From positions 1-61,575 of IMG/VR virus record IMGVR_UViG_3300032081_000734: DNA of 61,575 nt. One strand, given 5' to 3'. This DNA comes from a virus. Lineage: Duplodnaviria > Caudoviricetes. The notes under the pieces were generated by a model, which was given only the letters and a program-made list of their open reading frames with translations, did no database searches and had not been told where the DNA came from. A program made the position numbers and the translations under genes. This document shows, one piece after another, positions 27,163 through 38,900 of the stretch (position 1 is its first letter; every line of letters begins with the position of its first letter).

Positions 27163-28784
27163 CAGCAATTCCAAGCTCTAAGGGACTTATTGATTCTGCT
27201 ATCGGGATCTCTAGCAGTTTTGGCAGAAGTGAGTTTTGCCTTCATACCTTTCATTCTTGCACAGAATGATGATCTTCTTTTGTTACCCTTCTTTTTAGAT
27301 GGTGCTTTTAGATCAGAACCAGGGTTCTCTCTTTCATAAGACTTACGTCCTTTTTCATTGAGGCCACCTTCTTTGTTCTTACCAGACTTCTTAGTCCATG
27401 CAGCACCTTCTGCCATGAAATTTCCAAAACTTTTAACACCTTCTACAGTTACAAGCGGTTCATTTTCAATACGATCTCTTTCAAAGAAATTTGCCAATAT
27501 AGCTTCAGGATAAATTTTTCTGAGTTGAATTAATACATCTTCTCTAGAAGGTCTCTTTGATGTTGGAAAGAAAAATTGAAGTGACTTATACTGACCTCTA
27601 AAGGTAAAGAAGATTGTATAAGTTCTTCCCGTTTTTTGAATTCTTTCATATTTTTCTTCAACATACTCTTCATTTGATGGAGTAACAGAAGCAATATCAA
27701 ATGTATTTGATCCAAGAGCAGCAGGACTTGAATTCATATCCCAGTTTTTTGGCCCATATGCACACTCTTCTCTAGTCTCATTCTTTTGGCACTGAGGGCA
27801 ATAACGAACATTTCCCATACCCTCTACATGTAGACTGAGATTGTCACCGAGATTTACTTCTTCTTTCTTAGTTTTCTTAACACAGTTTGGATATCTCTTT
27901 CCAAACATAGTCTTCATGCCTTTCTGCTCATAACCTTTCCAACATGCTTCGCCAATCTCCACTTCTTCTTTTGTGCTATTACCCCAGTTAGCAGCACCAA
28001 CCTTACGACACTTTACTAAAGCACCAGAAGCATAAGCAGAGGGCCATACAGAATAGCGAGACTTGACCTTACTGTAACAAGCGTCTTTCTTACCACTACC
28101 TTTTCCTGGTGTATCCTTTGCTTCTTTCATTGATTCTTTTTTCTTTTCTGGTAAATTTTTATGCTTTGTTTTTGCAAAATCTTTTACATCTTTCAACTTC
28201 ATACTGGATGCAGCTTTAGCAACCTCAGATGATGGATTTTCCATTTCACCTTTTTGAGTTGCTCTAACCATTCCAAAAAATCTTTGCTGTTTTTTAGAAA
28301 CTGCTTCTTCGTTTCTAATTTTTCTATCAGTTTTTACCATGGTAGGTGCAGATGCTCCAGTTTTTTTCTGTTGACCAGGATCTTCTCTTCTCTTTGCTGC
28401 CTTAGCAGCAACTCTCTCTTTCTTAGACATACTTGCCCTTTTAGAAGAAGAAACACATTTAGGAATACCTTCACCAGGTTTATCACTTGCACAGGTTCCA
28501 CCTGTTACAACATTAACCCATCCACCTTTACCATCTTTTGATTTAGATTTACCAAACCAATCACGTAGCCCTTCTTCAGATATTCCACCGTCACCATTAG
28601 CATTTCCACCATTGCCATTACTACTTTCACCATTACCATTCTTTTTATTCTCGGAATCATCACCTTCTTCATCTTTTGCAAGATATCCACGAGAACCAAT
28701 ATGGTATCCCATAGGAATCTTCTTACATTTTTTATCTGTAAAACAGTAGTAATAACCAATTTTACATTTCTTAGATTCCGTCAT
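27162..28784 (-). CDS. Modular basic protein, candidate internal-head polyprotein
   Basis: 540 aa; Lys-rich small modules separated by Glu-ending linkers. Confidence 0.8.
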   Translation of the reverse strand: MTESKKCKIGYYYCFTDKKCKKIPMGYHIGSRGYLAKDEEGDDSENKKNGNGESSNGNGGNANGDGGISEEGLRDWFGKSKSKDGKGGWVNVVTGGTCASDKPGEGIPKCVSSSKRASMSKKERVAAKAAKRREDPGQQKKTGASAPTMVKTDRKIRNEEAVSKKQQRFFGMVRATQKGEMENPSSEVAKAASSMKLKDVKDFAKTKHKNLPEKKKESMKEAKDTPGKGSGKKDACYSKVKSRYSVWPSAYASGALVKCRKVGAANWGNSTKEEVEIGEACWKGYEQKGMKTMFGKRYPNCVKKTKKEEVNLGDNLSLHVEGMGNVRYCPQCQKNETREECAYGPKNWDMNSSPAALGSNTFDIASVTPSNEEYVEEKYERIQKTGRTYTIFFTFRGQYKSLQFFFPTSKRPSREDVLIQLRKIYPEAILANFFERDRIENEPLVTVEGVKSFGNFMAEGAAWTKKSGKNKEGGLNEKGRKSYERENPGSDLKAPSKKKGNKRRSSFCARMKGMKAKLTSAKTARDPDSRINKSLRAWNC

Positions 28785-29194
28785 TGTTGGCTTTTAAGAA
28801 ATTTAGCTAGTTCTGCAGTAGACCCTACAAATAATGAATTATTTGTAATGGATTTCGGACCAGAGTCCTCATCTTTATTTAGTTCCTTCATTTTTTTCTG
28901 TAAATCTATAAGTTTATCAGTTGTATCTGCAACACTTTTTATAATCTGTCCAGCAACTTCATATGCTCTAGGAGAATCTGACTCCTGAGCTAATTCCATA
29001 ATTCCATTTAAACTTTCTTGACCTTTTTCAATTAAAGAATAAAGATTTCCTCTCGTATATTCATAGTCTTTCTTAGACTGTTCAATTCTTTCATCAGAAA
29101 CAATAGGAATAATTTCAGATTCCTTGGGAGTGACATCTATAATATCAGTTTCAGTATTCAGAGAATCGCTAATTTTATCGAATGATTTTGACAT
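28781..29194 (-). CDS. gp16: Terminase small subunit
   Basis: DYEYTRGNL, PRAYEV, FVGSTAEL. Confidence 0.94.
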   Translation of the reverse strand: MSKSFDKISDSLNTETDIIDVTPKESEIIPIVSDERIEQSKKDYEYTRGNLYSLIEKGQESLNGIMELAQESDSPRAYEVAGQIIKSVADTTDKLIDLQKKMKELNKDEDSGPKSITNNSLFVGSTAELAKFLKSQQ

Positions 29195-29202
29195 GACATT
29201 AA

Positions 29203-30000
29203 TTATGAATCAGTTCCTGAGGCTGGATTAAATGACTTACTATCACTAAACATTTCTATCGTTTCACTGAATCCAAAGTCATCTCCAGGACTAGCATCAA
29301 TGGGATCAGGAACAGCGGTATATCTCATTTCACGTTTAGCGGTATCTGTATCAGTTTGAGTGTGATAATCAACTTGAACCTTACGAATGAGTCCATCAGT
29401 GCTTTCTGCAATAGGACCAAATAGATATGTGTTAGCAGTAAACGTTAAATTATAAATTAAAGCTCTCCTTGTTTGGAAATTTCCTTCATATTCATCTTGC
29501 ATATTGATATTATTTAATGCAATGGCAATATCTCTCTTTTCTCCTATTGAACTCACTAAATCAACAGTAACTTTAAAAGATGGTTGAAAGTATGGTAAAA
29601 TTTGCTCTATAATTTGTAGAGCGTCTTCATTTAGTTTTGAATATATTGATAGTTGAAATTCTACGTTATAAGGAACAGGAAGAAATACTTTTTTTAGGTT
29701 CTCACCATCTACTGCTTTGAAAGTTTTAGTTACATTTGACTTTCTAGATGCATCATATGTAATTCCCAACATTTCAAATGACATTCGTGGTAATGTTATT
29801 GCCACTGATCTATCGAAATCAGGGTTTTGCAACAATCTTGCAAGAAACTTTTGTTGGGGTGCATATGCTAAAGGAACTTTTATGTCACTAATTGTTCCAG
29901 AGTCATCACTTGTATGTCTTATATGAATATCATTGAATATAGTACCAAAGGCAACAATTGTCTTTCGTAATATTTCGTGATAGTAATAAGTTCCTAACAT
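29203..30000 (-). CDS. gp15: Tail sheath stabiliser / terminator
   Basis: AFGTIFNDI, LPRMSFE, EQILPYFQP. Confidence 0.95.
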   Translation of the reverse strand: MLGTYYYHEILRKTIVAFGTIFNDIHIRHTSDDSGTISDIKVPLAYAPQQKFLARLLQNPDFDRSVAITLPRMSFEMLGITYDASRKSNVTKTFKAVDGENLKKVFLPVPYNVEFQLSIYSKLNEDALQIIEQILPYFQPSFKVTVDLVSSIGEKRDIAIALNNINMQDEYEGNFQTRRALIYNLTFTANTYLFGPIAESTDGLIRKVQVDYHTQTDTDTAKREMRYTAVPDPIDASPGDDFGFSETIEMFSDSKSFNPASGTDS

Positions 30001-31379
30001 TAGTATGTACCAAAGGGATTCGATTCTGTAAAGTCTACGATATCGTCAGCTAAGTTTTCAATTTCTTCATTTTGAGCATATGCTATTTCAATTCCAGGGT
30101 CTGAATTAAATGTAGAAACTGTATGCGTGGCGTTAGATGTAGCGCCAACAACATCTTCTCCAGCTGTGAACGTACCACTATTTATGTACACGTCTAGGGT
30201 CTTGGCATCTTTATCGTATTTCTTGACTCTTGCTGTAGCACCAGATAGACTTCCAGTAACAATTTCATTACTAATAAAGATTCCAGTTCCAATTGATGGT
30301 GCTGTAGAAATCCCCACAGTTGGTGCCACAGTATAACCAAAACCAGCGTTTCTAATTCTCATTTCAGTAATAGTTCCACCAGTTCCAATTGTAGAAATTA
30401 CTTCAGCAGAAGAACCAATTGAAGTATTTGCTGAACCAGCTAAAGTTACTATAGGAGCATTGACATAAAGTGATCCAGGGTTTGTAATGGTAAGTGTTTG
30501 AACAGATCCATCACCAAGAATTGCTGTTGCAGCTGCTCCAACACCACCGCCACCACTAAACGTTATGGTTGGAACCTCTGTGTATCCTGCACCAGCATTT
30601 GTGATAAGAACTTCCAAGATGGAGTTTGATGTTGTTATAGCAACAGCTGTTGCATTTGTTCCACCTACAGGTGCAGTTGAAATTGCAACCGTTGGTGCTG
30701 ATGTATAGTTATATCCATCATTATTAAGTTGAACTTTTCTAACTGATCCAGTTAACGCAATGCCAGCAGTTGCAGTAGCATTTACACCAGATCCTGTAAG
30801 ATTTATTGTAGTAATATACCCTTCATCAACAACTCTATCATCAATTGCCTCAATACCAGTATCGATAATTTCATCTTCAAGTCTAAGAAGTTCACAACTT
30901 ATCTGATAAACATAATTTTTACCTAATTGGTAAAATGGTTTTTCTTCCTCAACAAATTTAATTTCATAAAGTCTTTCACCAAGAGGGAAGAAAATGACAT
31001 CACCTTCTCTAGGCCTAGAATCTAATATAATTTCACTAGCATCTTGTTCTTTTAAATCTTTTAAAAACTCTACGATATAAGTCTGAAATCTTTCTGCTGA
31101 AATTGTTAATGATATTTCATTTCTAAGTTCAATACCAAATTTTGACATGATATTGACATTATCACCATATCCTTGATAATTATCAAGATATGCTTCGATG
31201 ATAAAATTATCATCTAACTTAGACATTGTAACTTCTTTAGAAATTTTTTCAGTGCCAAGAATTTTTCGTGGGATATAATATACATCTATCCCATATATTT
31301 TTAACTGCTCATTAATCAAATCTTGAAGTAAATACTGCTCTTGACTTGATCCTTGTAGAAAATAAGAATTTCTTGCCAT
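30000..31379 (-). CDS. gp14: Neck protein with inserted GxGY-P repeat region
   Basis: GIDVYYIPR, PREGDVIFFP, PFYQLGK, FTESNPFG. Confidence 0.93.
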   Translation of the reverse strand: MARNSYFLQGSSQEQYLLQDLINEQLKIYGIDVYYIPRKILGTEKISKEVTMSKLDDNFIIEAYLDNYQGYGDNVNIMSKFGIELRNEISLTISAERFQTYIVEFLKDLKEQDASEIILDSRPREGDVIFFPLGERLYEIKFVEEEKPFYQLGKNYVYQISCELLRLEDEIIDTGIEAIDDRVVDEGYITTINLTGSGVNATATAGIALTGSVRKVQLNNDGYNYTSAPTVAISTAPVGGTNATAVAITTSNSILEVLITNAGAGYTEVPTITFSGGGGVGAAATAILGDGSVQTLTITNPGSLYVNAPIVTLAGSANTSIGSSAEVISTIGTGGTITEMRIRNAGFGYTVAPTVGISTAPSIGTGIFISNEIVTGSLSGATARVKKYDKDAKTLDVYINSGTFTAGEDVVGATSNATHTVSTFNSDPGIEIAYAQNEEIENLADDIVDFTESNPFGTY

Positions 31380-32218
31380 TATCCTATCATGTCCATGGGT
31401 GGTAATTCATAATAACTAGCCATCTTATCTTCTATTTCTCTTATTTCTGCATTTCCATCTTCATAATATTGTCTACCATTAAGTTCAACACCTCCAGGTA
31501 GTTTGGTTCCACTAAATTTCATCATGTTCGCACCCCACTGTCTTTTGATTAAAGAAGTTAAGTATCTTTTTACCCAAGTATCATTATATATTTTATTAAA
31601 ATCTGATGGATTTAAAGCACGAATACAGTCAATAACAAGATAATCACCAGCTGTCTGAGCAGTCCAATCAATATCTAGATACAATCTACCAGATCTCTTT
31701 GAAAATCTAACTTGCTTATCTGTAGTTAATAAGAAATCAATATCTTCTAGATATCTTTTTGTCATTGAATAATTTAGAAGATCCACACTACTGAAGTAGT
31801 ATAGATCATTTAAAAATAGTTGATATTTAATACTAAACATGCCACCAGAAATAGAACTAGTGTCAAATTTAAAAATTTTATTGATTCCTATAACAGAATC
31901 TGGTACTTTAATATAATTGTTGTTCTCTTCAAAAGAAAATTCTGTTGTCAATCCAACAGATTCTGTTACTGTTGTAGTTGAAATTCCAGTGCTTGCAGAA
32001 CTACCTGGACCCCTTCCCCTATCAATATCATCTTGTGTAATTTGATATTTTAGAAATGTTTTTTCAGATCCATCAAAATGACGTTCTTGAAAATATTGAA
32101 TGGTATCATCAACCAAATCATCTATCTGATCATCATCCACGTTGATTTCTAAAACTGGCGCACCAAGTTTTCGTAGAGAGTAATCTATTAATTCTTGTCT
32201 TGTAGATGGTGATGCCAT
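31379..32218 (-). CDS. gp13: Neck protein
   Basis: LRKLGAPVLEINV, KRQWGANMMKF, LPGGVELNG. Confidence 0.95.
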   Translation of the reverse strand: MASPSTRQELIDYSLRKLGAPVLEINVDDDQIDDLVDDTIQYFQERHFDGSEKTFLKYQITQDDIDRGRGPGSSASTGISTTTVTESVGLTTEFSFEENNNYIKVPDSVIGINKIFKFDTSSISGGMFSIKYQLFLNDLYYFSSVDLLNYSMTKRYLEDIDFLLTTDKQVRFSKRSGRLYLDIDWTAQTAGDYLVIDCIRALNPSDFNKIYNDTWVKRYLTSLIKRQWGANMMKFSGTKLPGGVELNGRQYYEDGNAEIREIEDKMASYYELPPMDMIG

Positions 32219-32229
32219 TTTACTCCAAA

Positions 32230-32364
32230 CTAATTATTCAGTAAAATTTTTACAGATTTGCTGGTATCATCAAGAGATGAAACTGATTTATCAGTCCTAT
32301 TATTTAATAAAACTGTAGTTACAGTAGAGCTATTCTCAGTTGTGACTGTAGTTATTCCAGCCAT
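32230..32364 (-). CDS. Possible 44-aa hypothetical protein
   Basis: Hand-translated MAGITTVTTE...KILLNN; TAATG coupling, fills the gap exactly. Confidence 0.4.
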   Translation of the reverse strand: MAGITTVTTENSSTVTTVLLNNRTDKSVSSLDDTSKSVKILLNN

Positions 32365-32720
32365 TATCGGGTAATTCCAGGATTGACAATCGCGGAACCT
32401 TGAACAACTCTAAGTGTTGTAGAAATACCACTCACAGTGTCTATCCCACTATTAATTACAACATCATAAACATATCTACCACTTTTTATGGCAGATGTTT
32501 CCGTTGCACCTAAAGAAATACGAACATTTCCACCACTATCACTTGTCACTGTTGAAATGAAAGTGTGTTTTGAAGATGACGTTGGAGTCTTTCTTAATTG
32601 AGCACTAACAGCATATCCAACCAAACTCTTGGGTGAGTTTGTTGACGCATCTTCAATGGTGAAATTTTTAGTAAAATCAGCACCCTGATTGATAATCAAG
32701 TTGTGTGAATATACTGCCAT
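32364..32720 (-). CDS. Hypothetical structural protein (BppU N-terminal-like adaptor)
   Basis: NL.I.QGADF, GRYVYDV, RVVQG...V.PG.TR. Confidence 0.7.
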   Translation of the reverse strand: MAVYSHNLIINQGADFTKNFTIEDASTNSPKSLVGYAVSAQLRKTPTSSSKHTFISTVTSDSGGNVRISLGATETSAIKSGRYVYDVVINSGIDTVSGISTTLRVVQGSAIVNPGITR

Positions 32721-32745
32721 CTTACAAGTTCATCAGGGCTCTTGA

Positions 32746-32958
32746 CTATTTATTATTATTCTCAATGAGAGTCTTCAATATCCCCTTGATTTCAGAGAGT
32801 TCATTTTTAAGTTGATCAATCTCTTCATTTTTTCTTTCTTTTTGCCTTTTTAATTTCATGTAGTTTGCATAAGCTTGATCATCTACATTGATCACACTCC
32901 CAGTTTCTAAGTTTTTATACAAACTGGGATCTTGATCTACTTTAATATATTCAGACAT
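32746..32958 (-). CDS. Small coiled-coil hypothetical protein
   Basis: 70 aa with a C-terminal heptad repeat. Confidence 0.7.
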   Translation of the reverse strand: MSEYIKVDQDPSLYKNLETGSVINVDDQAYANYMKLKRQKERKNEEIDQLKNELSEIKGILKTLIENNNK

Positions 32959-32959
32959 T

Positions 32960-35900
32960 TTATGCTAATGCAATGGTTCTAAGATCATTCATTCTAGGAG
33001 CGAGACACTCATTTGTTCCACTAAACACAATCTTTATCTGATATGCAGTAAATGGTGGCAATTCATCAATACTGAATTGGTACTCCCTCATTTCATCAAC
33101 TGTTACAGAAATAACTTGCTGATCTGGTTTACCAGAATTTTTAGATGGATCTATGACTTGATCGCCAAAATTATCACCATCAGTATCAGTTAAGTTATCA
33201 AATCCAGGGAACAGAACAAATGATGGATTTGTGTTTCCACTATCAACTGGGAATGTTCTGAAGAGTGCTCTGATGTCTGCAGTGGGATCAACATAAGCTG
33301 CTGTGAACAACTTAAGTGAAGTTGCAGGGTTTTTCAGATCAATCCTATCAGAAACGTAGATTGCAGCATGAGGATCATCTTGTATGGAATTTACTCTAGA
33401 ATCGGTTGTATAATCACTAATTGGATTATCAACTCTAGATCTATCAAAGTCAATAGAGCAGTTATTAAGATAGATAAATGGTGAATAATTACTATCTGTA
33501 CTCTGCAAATCAACTTCAACTGTAAATGATTTGTTTCTTGGTAGACCTGTTACATTTGCTTCTTCATTTACTTTTGAACAAACCATTTGAGGTTGGCCAA
33601 ACAATAAAGTTGCATTTGGTTCAGTTGACAAGAACCCTTGATCAACGAAAGATGCTTCATTACCACCAGCACTAGTTCCAGAAATTGTTCTCACGCGAGT
33701 TTCAATTTTGGTCTTCTTAGGAGTAACAATGTCAAGTCTGCAGTTTAATCTGTCATACTGAATGTTACCAGAAGCAAATACTTCATCACCACCAGCAATA
33801 AATTCACTTGCAAAATTCAACATGTTTGGACCATCTCTCCTATTACCCCTATCAATTTCAATATAGTAGGTATCAATAGTTTTATTTGCTTGGAAAACTA
33901 CTGCAGAAGGAATGTTATGGACTTTGTTAATTTGAGTCAGTGAAATGTCATTGAATTCATATGGATATACTTCGTCTCCAGCTGCATGTCTAACGGCCGT
34001 GGTTCCTTCTGCGCCTCTTGTGGCTATTCCAAGAGTGCCATTACCAATGCTGTTGTAATACATGACTTCATTATCAACCAAGATATATCCAGCAGAAGTA
34101 GTTATACCTTGGAATGTTCCATAAGGTGAAGTGTCAGCAACTCCAATAGATGTTACAGTGGCGTTAATATCCACATTTAATTCTGAAGGAATTCTTGTTG
34201 GATCTACGTTATAGATGTCAACAACATTACGAGTATCTTTCAGTGCATGATTTGGATGAAGAACTTCAATTACATTTCCTGAATGCAATTCATCAGAAAC
34301 AATAGAAGTTCTAACTGCTGTTGTAACACCAGTATTCAAAGTTTGTGCATTTCCACTATCATCATAGTAAACTAGTGGATCATCAACAACAAGGTGTTCA
34401 CCTCTGACATTTGTAAGATAAAGTGTATCAACACCATCAATCGCAGAAATTGATATCTGAGCACCAGTACCTTTAGTCACATCTGCTGTAGTAATGCCAA
34501 GAGACTCTCCAGCAATATAACCAGTTCCAGTATTTGCAATTGACGCTGAAGATAAAACACCATTAGCAATTGTTACTATACCTGTTGCTCCAGATCCATC
34601 ACCAGATAATGAGAAGAAGTTTACATTACTGTAAGTACCATCAGAATATCCAATACCAGGCAAATTAGCTTTCAGGGATTGGATAGTTCCACCAACATTA
34701 CCAATTACACCAGTAACAAGTGATCCAGTTCCGACCTTTCTACCAATCTGTAGAACATCCTTCATCCCTTGTGTCAATACAGTTGTAATACCAACATCAA
34801 GTTGTCTTGGTAGAGACTTAATTGGATCTTCTGGCATATCAGGAAGTTGATCACCATCTCTATCAATATCTGGATTATGGAATGTAACAGTTCCGTTATC
34901 AACTAAGAAACGACACTTATTAACTCGGAACTTCATGTCTTCAAACTGACATGGTGTCCAAATAGAACCGTTCTGTGACTTATACAGTGAACCAGAACCA
35001 TACTGTCTAGTATATTGCTGTGATTCAGGCCCAGATAGTTCTGCAGTGTTTACAGTTTTCTCTCCAAGTTTTGCAATCCAAGCATTATACTTGATCGAAG
35101 TTGGTGCTAGAAGTACAATACAATATTCAGTTTCTGGTTCAACAGGAATTGGTGCTGAGAAAGTAACTCTAGTAGCAACACTAGCATCATCAGAAATATT
35201 TATTTGTGATGGTTGGAGAACCACTTGTGCTTCTTGAGAAACAAGTTGTAGTGTTGGTAGACCTAATTGAATTGTTCTTAATTCAACAGTCAATGGTGCT
35301 CTACGATCTTTTGTTGCCATGTAAATGTCAACAGAGGAAATGAATGCACCTTTTTTATCTGTTGTGAATGACTGTGCCAGAGGGTCTCTTCTAGGAACTG
35401 GTCTTACAACAACCCTCTCCCTCAAAACTCGGGTTTCCCTAATAATTCTAGGCTCAATAACTCTTGTTCTTTCAACAATCTCCCTTCTCACAATAATCTG
35501 TGGGGGTGGAAGTCTCTGCATTCTAAAGACATTCGTTTTGGTTACAGTCGTAACCGCATTTTTAGTTGTCGTTACCAGTTTTTTAATGGTTGTTGTTAAT
35601 GTAGTTCTGGTAATTGTTCCTGAAGAGGTGAATGGAGCTTCTGCATCACTATGCTTAATTTGTCCAGGTAATGCAACTGTATCCTTACTATCGTTAGTTA
35701 ATTTGAATACTTTGGTTCCTGTCTTAAATCTTGCATTTACATCTTTTGGTCCAGCAAATGCAATGTTTCCATACAAACTTCCAATACCATCAGTCATCAA
35801 CCTTTTTCTACTGACTGTTGCAACTGCACCACTCTTTCTACCGATAATTACATAATTTGACCAGAAGTTTCCAAAGAACTTACCTTGTGCCTTACGAGAC

Positions 35901-38900
35901 ATTCCAAGAATATCTAGATTCAAAAATGTAGAAGAACTATTGTAACTAGTTAACCTACTAATATCTTGTCCTCTATTATATGGATTAAAAGTATATACAT
36001 CGCTTGGGCTTGTAATCCTTCCAGACTTATGATTTGGTCTAGCAAGTCTACAAACAGCTGTTCTACGAGCTCTCTTAAACTTTTTAGTTTTAGGATCGTC
36101 AACGGCAATATTAGAGAATCGACCATCTCTAACATATCTTTGTGCCTTTCTATTCCAAATTTCAACAATTTCTCCAACTTGGAAAGATCCCTGAACGTTT
36201 TTAATTTCAACCAACTTAGGAAGAAGTCTTACCTTTCTGGATCCATCATAGAAACCATAATATCTTGTAAATGGTTTCAATCCATCAGCAAAGAAAGAGA
36301 CGTTTCTCTCTCTCATATACTTGGCTTTAGTAGTCTTTGAGTCAATTTTTGTAGAAACGTCAGTAATTGAAGTTGATACTGATGTATCTACTTTCGTACT
36401 CTTCTTGGTCGTAGTCTTCATTGAAGACGGACCATTTTTTGGTTTTCCAACCCTGAATTTTTCTACAACGTTTTGACTCTTAGTGTTTAAGGTCTTAAAC
36501 TGTCTCTGAATTCTCTTTTTATTACTAACCTTAGTTTCTGTCCATGTATCTTGTGCTGGTTGTAACAGAATAGTACCAACATAATCAATAATACTGAATG
36601 GGTTTACATTCTCAACTCTAGTTGCATATGCTTGTTTCAGATACTCAATCTCTTCATATCTTAGACTTACAACATTTCCTGTTTTTTGGCAATTTGTATC
36701 CAACAATGGATCATTAGATGATAGATCTAGAGTATTAACATCATCTTGTGTTCGATACTGTAACTGTGGGGTTAAAGTTATTTGGGAAGCTTCACATGAA
36801 AGTTGTTCGATACCTGGATCAACAACCATAGTTGTCAATTCACTATCAAATAAGTCATTATTTGTAAAATCATCAGCAAAGAAACCAGTTTTGAATCTGC
36901 TCAATCCATCAGCGTCTGTAATCTCTAAAGATCTAGTATCATTTTCAAGTATTGAAAGAGAAACTGTATCTTCAAGATTTTCAATTCTATCTTGAAGAGC
37001 ACCGATATCTCTCATCGTGAAACGCTTATTATCAATAAGAGTTAGTCTAGTGCTTTCAACATTATAAACATATGGTGGAGACTCCAATGTTGCCAAAGTC
37101 ATAGAGTCTTCGACAACTGAAGGTACTTGTGGATCTTCAGATGGAACACCTTCAACAACTTCAATTTCACCCTCTGGAGTTAGAAGAATTCTATCCATTC
37201 TACCTAAGTAGAAATCATAACTAAGGAAAGAACTTTCAGAGTCTTTTGGGATCAATGGTGAAGAAGAACCAGTGACTGAGAAATCTCTAGAGTCATAATC
37301 AAATGGTGATTTTCCAGCTTCAGTTCCGAAAGGAGCAACTCTTGGTCTAAAGTCTAATGTATCTGAAGCTCTTGCAAAACTAAATTGATTGAAATTGTTT
37401 GGATCAAAAATATCTGGTATGTCATTCTTGAATCTATCTGCACCATAAGATAGTACAGTAAAAGCATCACCATCATCACTATCTGGGATAACGTAATGAT
37501 TGAAGATAACTAACAACTGTTTTGTTGGAACTTTATTTTCAACTCTAACTAATCTTGAATAATCAGAGAAATCTGGTCTTTGACCATCATCAAGAATATA
37601 TTGCTCAGTTATATCTACATATCTACCTTCAATAATTGCCTGAATAGTTCCTTCAATTTTAGATTCTTGGAATGTGAGAGTTTCACCAACAGAGAATCTA
37701 TCATCATTCAAATATACAATTTCAACTTTAGTTGGTGATGATCTTGTAACAATTTGTGCTACAGCATTATTATCGGGTCCAAGAATGTACTCACCAAGAA
37801 TTGAATTTGTATCTAATGCAAGACCAGTTTCAAATGTCAATGCATCTAATACTGGAGCTTCTGATGTTTTGGATTCATATACAGCAAGAATTTCTGCAAC
37901 ATCTGGATAATTTAGTGAAATTTCTTCGTCTTCAACTCTAAGTCCATAAAAAGCGTTATGGTTCATTCCATTGACGGTTCCTGTAGAGATTCCAGAACTC
38001 CTCAATTTGGACTTATCTACAGTTAGTTTTGTACTTCTTGACCACTGTTTTAATTTTGATTGCAATCCTCTCTTTTTAGCTGTTACAAGAACAGTAACGT
38101 TACTTTCACTTCTCTTTAGACCACTAAATGAAATTTCAGTTCCATCACTATTGAGTGTGAACTGTTCAGATCTCAGTCTTTCTGTAGATCCATCCGAATA
38201 TGTTATTACATATCTTTCACCATCAAAGGCATCAAAAAATGAACTTGTTACACCAACATTACTAATGTTGATGGACATTTCACCTTGAGCATTTGTTGAT
38301 TGTGCAAGTATTTGATCATAAATTGTAAGATTTGATCCAGAAATATCAACTGATGCAATATTTGCCTGATCTAATGGTAAAAATAGTGATCCGCCATTGT
38401 CACCTTGTTCAAATCTTGTCTGACCAATTCTAAATCCAGTTTCAATTGTGCCAGATGGTAGAGTTCCAGTAACAACACCAGCGACCGTTGGTACGGCCAC
38501 AATTGTCATTGAATCTCCATCAGCAGCAACTGCACTTACACGGTTGAATACAACATTATCATATTCTGGATTTTGATATCTGATAATTGAATTAGTTGCA
38601 ATTCCAGTAAACTTATTACCTGGAGAAGTTACAGTTCCTCCTGATGTAATTTGAACTGTATCTCTTCTAGTAAATCTAGGAGCGACTCTACCTCTTTGAA
38701 GTGTATCTGCAACAAAATCAGCAGTTAAACCAAGAGTTGATGCATCCTGATATACAGATTTTACTGAATTGATATCATAAACTATCATATCTTTGATAGT
38801 TCTTGGAAATTCATTTGTGCCATCAATACTGATGGTTTCTCCTTCAGCAAAAGTTCCAGAAGTTTGATGAAGTTTTACTTTGTCACCACTTGTCCAAGCT

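Noticed and set aside
35325-35855. 176-aa plus-strand ORF and the other plus-strand ORFs in the track (e.g. 2926-3318, 45085-45630, 46898-47323)
   Set aside because: All are antisense to well-supported genes and have no recognisable motifs; typical reverse-frame shadows.
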